64,000 nt of DNA. It comes from a virus. Numbering within the stretch: the first letter of the stretch is position 1; every line of letters starts with the position of its first letter. Below the pieces are notes generated by a model. It had not been told where the DNA came from. It searched no databases and saw only the letters and a list, made by a program, of their open reading frames with translations. The DNA lies in IMG/VR virus record IMGVR_UViG_3300018411_000639, positions 1 through 64,000 of that record; one strand, given 5' to 3'. Positions 61,761 to 64,000 of this stretch are shown one piece after another. The position numbers and the translations under genes were made by a program.

Positions 61761-64000
61761 TTAAGAAGCTTTTAATCCTACAACAGTTGTGATGCGACGC
61801 AATTCTTGAGGAGGAACGATCGTTAATTCGATACGAGCCTGACCTAAGACTTGGTCTTGGACGCTTGATGTTACGATGAAGTCGTAATCTAAGATCACGC
61901 CTTTTTCTTTCAAGAGACCTAATCGTTTGCTGATAGCAGCAGACAATGCGTTCATTTGTTCAGTTGTGTTCGCTTCACCGATGTAAGGCTCGGATACGTC
62001 GCGGATTTGGTCAACGGTTTCACGGATTACTTTCGTTGTCGTCAAGCGCGCGTAGTCGGAACCAGCTGCGGCAGAGGTGATGCCATCTACAACGTAAGCA
62101 GCCCCTGCGTTTGCACCTTGTTGGTCAAACTTAGTTTTGAACACTACGATTCGGTTGCCCAAGATAGCGTTCATTTGTGGGTTAGACAAGCGGTAACGCA
62201 AGCCTCTTACACCCGCAAGGCGTTTGTTCGCTGGAGCAGAATGAACCGGGATAACAGCGTTCAAGCCAACGTAAGCGACAGCAGGAGATCCGTAAGAACG
62301 TCCCAATGCTCTGCTTTGGTAAACTGGCTCAGGAGAACCGACTACTGTCAGGAAGCTACCCAAGTCGATTGGCTTACCATCGTTGTCGATGATGATGTTA
62401 CCCACTTCATCGCGCATCAGGTACGTGTTTGGCATGTTCGCCAATTTGTTCGCGTGAGCCTGAATGCCTGCCAAAGAAGTGTCTGTTGCAGGACGAACGT
62501 CGATTGCGCCCAAGGTAATCTTGCTGCGGTACGAAAGCACCGTGCAGAACAAACCTAGTTCGTAAGCGAAGTTCTGGTAGCGGCCAGGAAGAACGTCGTC
62601 AGCGTAAACGCCTAGAGGAACAACCCAATCCGTTTGGTAATCTTCTAGCAACTGGTAAGCCCCTTGTACGCTGACAAAGCCTTCACTATCACGGACACCA
62701 GATAGCGCCTCGAACAATTTAGTCTTGTCTGTCGTAATGCCGTTGTCGCCACCGATGAAGTTTACGCCATCAGCGCCGCCCTCTGCCAAGTTAGAAACCA
62801 ATTCTGATACCAAAGCGTCAGGGAAGACTGTTTTCGCGCGGTAGACGCTGTTGCTGTAGTCGCCGTTGATTGCTTCTACTAACTGACCGAAAGTAGGGTA
62901 GTCGATTGAAGTGAACACCATTGGTTGCTCAGCGACTTGTTTTCTCTTCGACAACGGTTTGATGATTTTCACAGTTTTACCTGCGACATCTCCGTTCGCG
63001 TCCAAGATATCCTCGACGATGACCGTACTCTGGTTGTAGACTTCACCTGCGAAGTAAGAGGAGATTTCGATGTTGCGCTCTACCAACTGTACATCTTCGT
63101 AGCTGTACGTTACGGCAACTTGAGACCCTAGTGGGTAGAATTTCTTCTCCAATTTTACGGTTTTCGCTGTAGCGTCTACGATGAAAGCAATCGGGTTTGT
63201 CATCTCAACGCCATTCACGTAAACATGAACCGATCCGCTAACTGGTGTGTGTGCGATGGTTTTGCTTTGCAAGCTAGTTGCAGCTGTGTAAGGTGTTACG
63301 CCGTCGCCTGTTTCAGTCGCATGGAATACGTCGGTTGTGATACCTGTGTAGTCCACTTTGATTTCGTCGCCCGCTTGTGCTGGGTTTCCGACTGCGTAAG
63401 TTGTGATTTTCACTGTGCGGTCTGTGACTTGGTAGCCGCCTTCAGCAATTTCCAATCCGCCGACAAACACATGGATAGCACCCTTTGGCTTGTAAGCTAA
63501 CTCTAAGCTAGTTTCTTCATCCAACAAGTGCGTTTCCTTTACAACTTCGGTAGTACGGTAGTGATCGTATTGCACTTGCAAGGAAGCCCCTGCGTCGCAC
63601 ACATTAGGAGCCAAGATGACTTGACCATCCGTTTCGTTTACGGTCACACCACCAGTGATCAATACACCTTTAGCGTAAACTTTAGTAGAAGCCTGTACGA
63701 TGGTACCGTTTTGCAACTGGATAGTAGTCAGGTCGTTACCCTCTGCATAGCCTAATTCTTCCGTTGACGTTTCTACGGTAGTAAGTGTTTCTGGCGTCTT
63801 CTTCAAAGACGTTTTTGCACGTGTACCAGTTACACGCATCAAGCGAATATCTCGTACCCCGTTCTCGTATAACTCTTTTGCAGCCTTAACTAAGGTTGAT
63901 CCGTTAGGGGCTCCGTTTGCGTTGATCTCTTTACCGAAGACTGTCTCCAGTGTGTTGATGTCAATCGCGACAGGTTCCATTACGGGACCGTCTACTGCTG
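61761..64000 (-). CDS. Contractile tail sheath protein, 5' end outside the window
   Basis: Frame is open to the window edge (AVDGPVMEP); C-terminal sheath domain (YIGE.N...L..L...G.I..Y.F.V...IEL.IVP..ELR.I); inserted beta-sandwich repeats. Confidence 0.9.
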   Translation of the reverse strand, partial: AVDGPVMEPVAIDINTLETVFGKEINANGAPNGSTLVKAAKELYENGVRDIRLMRVTGTRAKTSLKKTPETLTTVETSTEELGYAEGNDLTTIQLQNGTIVQASTKVYAKGVLITGGVTVNETDGQVILAPNVCDAGASLQVQYDHYRTTEVVKETHLLDEETSLELAYKPKGAIHVFVGGLEIAEGGYQVTDRTVKITTYAVGNPAQAGDEIKVDYTGITTDVFHATETGDGVTPYTAATSLQSKTIAHTPVSGSVHVYVNGVEMTNPIAFIVDATAKTVKLEKKFYPLGSQVAVTYSYEDVQLVERNIEISSYFAGEVYNQSTVIVEDILDANGDVAGKTVKIIKPLSKRKQVAEQPMVFTSIDYPTFGQLVEAINGDYSNSVYRAKTVFPDALVSELVSNLAEGGADGVNFIGGDNGITTDKTKLFEALSGVRDSEGFVSVQGAYQLLEDYQTDWVVPLGVYADDVLPGRYQNFAYELGLFCTVLSYRSKITLGAIDVRPATDTSLAGIQAHANKLANMPNTYLMRDEVGNIIIDNDGKPIDLGSFLTVVGSPEPVYQSRALGRSYGSPAVAYVGLNAVIPVHSAPANKRLAGVRGLRYRLSNPQMNAILGNRIVVFKTKFDQQGANAGAAYVVDGITSAAAGSDYARLTTTKVIRETVDQIRDVSEPYIGEANTTEQMNALSAAISKRLGLLKEKGVILDYDFIVTSSVQDQVLGQARIELTIVPPQELRRITTVVGLKAS

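Larger units (their letters stand above)
1..64000. mobile_element. Segment of a large myophage/prophage (tail and baseplate morphogenesis, replication module, Xer-type recombinase); both ends probably lie outside the window
   Basis: Co-oriented sheath, tube, chaperone and baseplate genes next to primase, helicase, RuvC, sigma and tyrosine recombinase genes; the same 16-bp motif occurs from 570 to 57579; no host housekeeping genes recognised. Confidence 0.9.

Noticed and set aside
32292-64000. Stand-alone contractile injection system or tailocin
   Set aside because: The tail genes are contiguous with primase, helicase, RuvC, sigma and recombinase genes and share the same dispersed motif, so a phage is more parsimonious; head genes cannot be confirmed inside the window
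63978-64000. ATG at 63980 as the true sheath start
   Set aside because: The frame stays open to the window edge, there is no RBS, and the upstream AVDGP resembles an internal sheath N-terminal motif

Overview
This window is part of a large temperate or plasmid-like myophage (contractile tail), probably from a Bacillota host, judged from GGAGG ribosome-binding sites, sigma-A type promoters and cell-wall enzymes. Almost all genes from 3.6 kb to the right edge are on the minus strand. In transcription order they are: tail sheath (cut off by the window edge); tail tube; two tube paralogues fused to peptidoglycan-binding/SH3 domains; two paralogous tail chaperones; a 1910-aa protein in the tape-measure position with PD-(D/E)XK and SNase-like domains; a 3024-aa protein; a 1756-aa hub/lysin (NlpC/P60 plus glucosaminidase-like); spike, wedge and J-like baseplate genes; and about ten uncharacterised virion proteins. 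A replication/transcription operon with its own promoter follows (possible SSAP, AEP primase, DnaB-like helicase, Cas4/AddB-like nuclease, RuvC, sigma factor, PBP/beta-lactamase-fold hydrolase). An Xer-type tyrosine recombinase and three hypothetical genes lie at the left end. Two observations stand out. First, the 3024-aa tail-operon protein carries, in order, a DEDDh 3'-5' exonuclease, a Rho_N-like helical domain, and beta-like and beta'-like RNA polymerase motifs (K-x7-K, switch 2, R-x-P, NADVDGD), so it looks like a single-chain two-barrel, probably virion-injected RNA polymerase fused to an exonuclease. Second, a 16-bp quasi-palindrome, GTGTCGGAATTGACAC, is scattered across the element, mostly inside genes and in different reading frames; all 12 close copies are oriented with transcription and one lies just downstream of the replication-operon promoter, like a stoperator or centromere network. 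Head and packaging genes and a DNA polymerase are not in the window. No tRNA, rRNA or CRISPR array was seen. All family assignments come from motif recognition by eye, not database searches.
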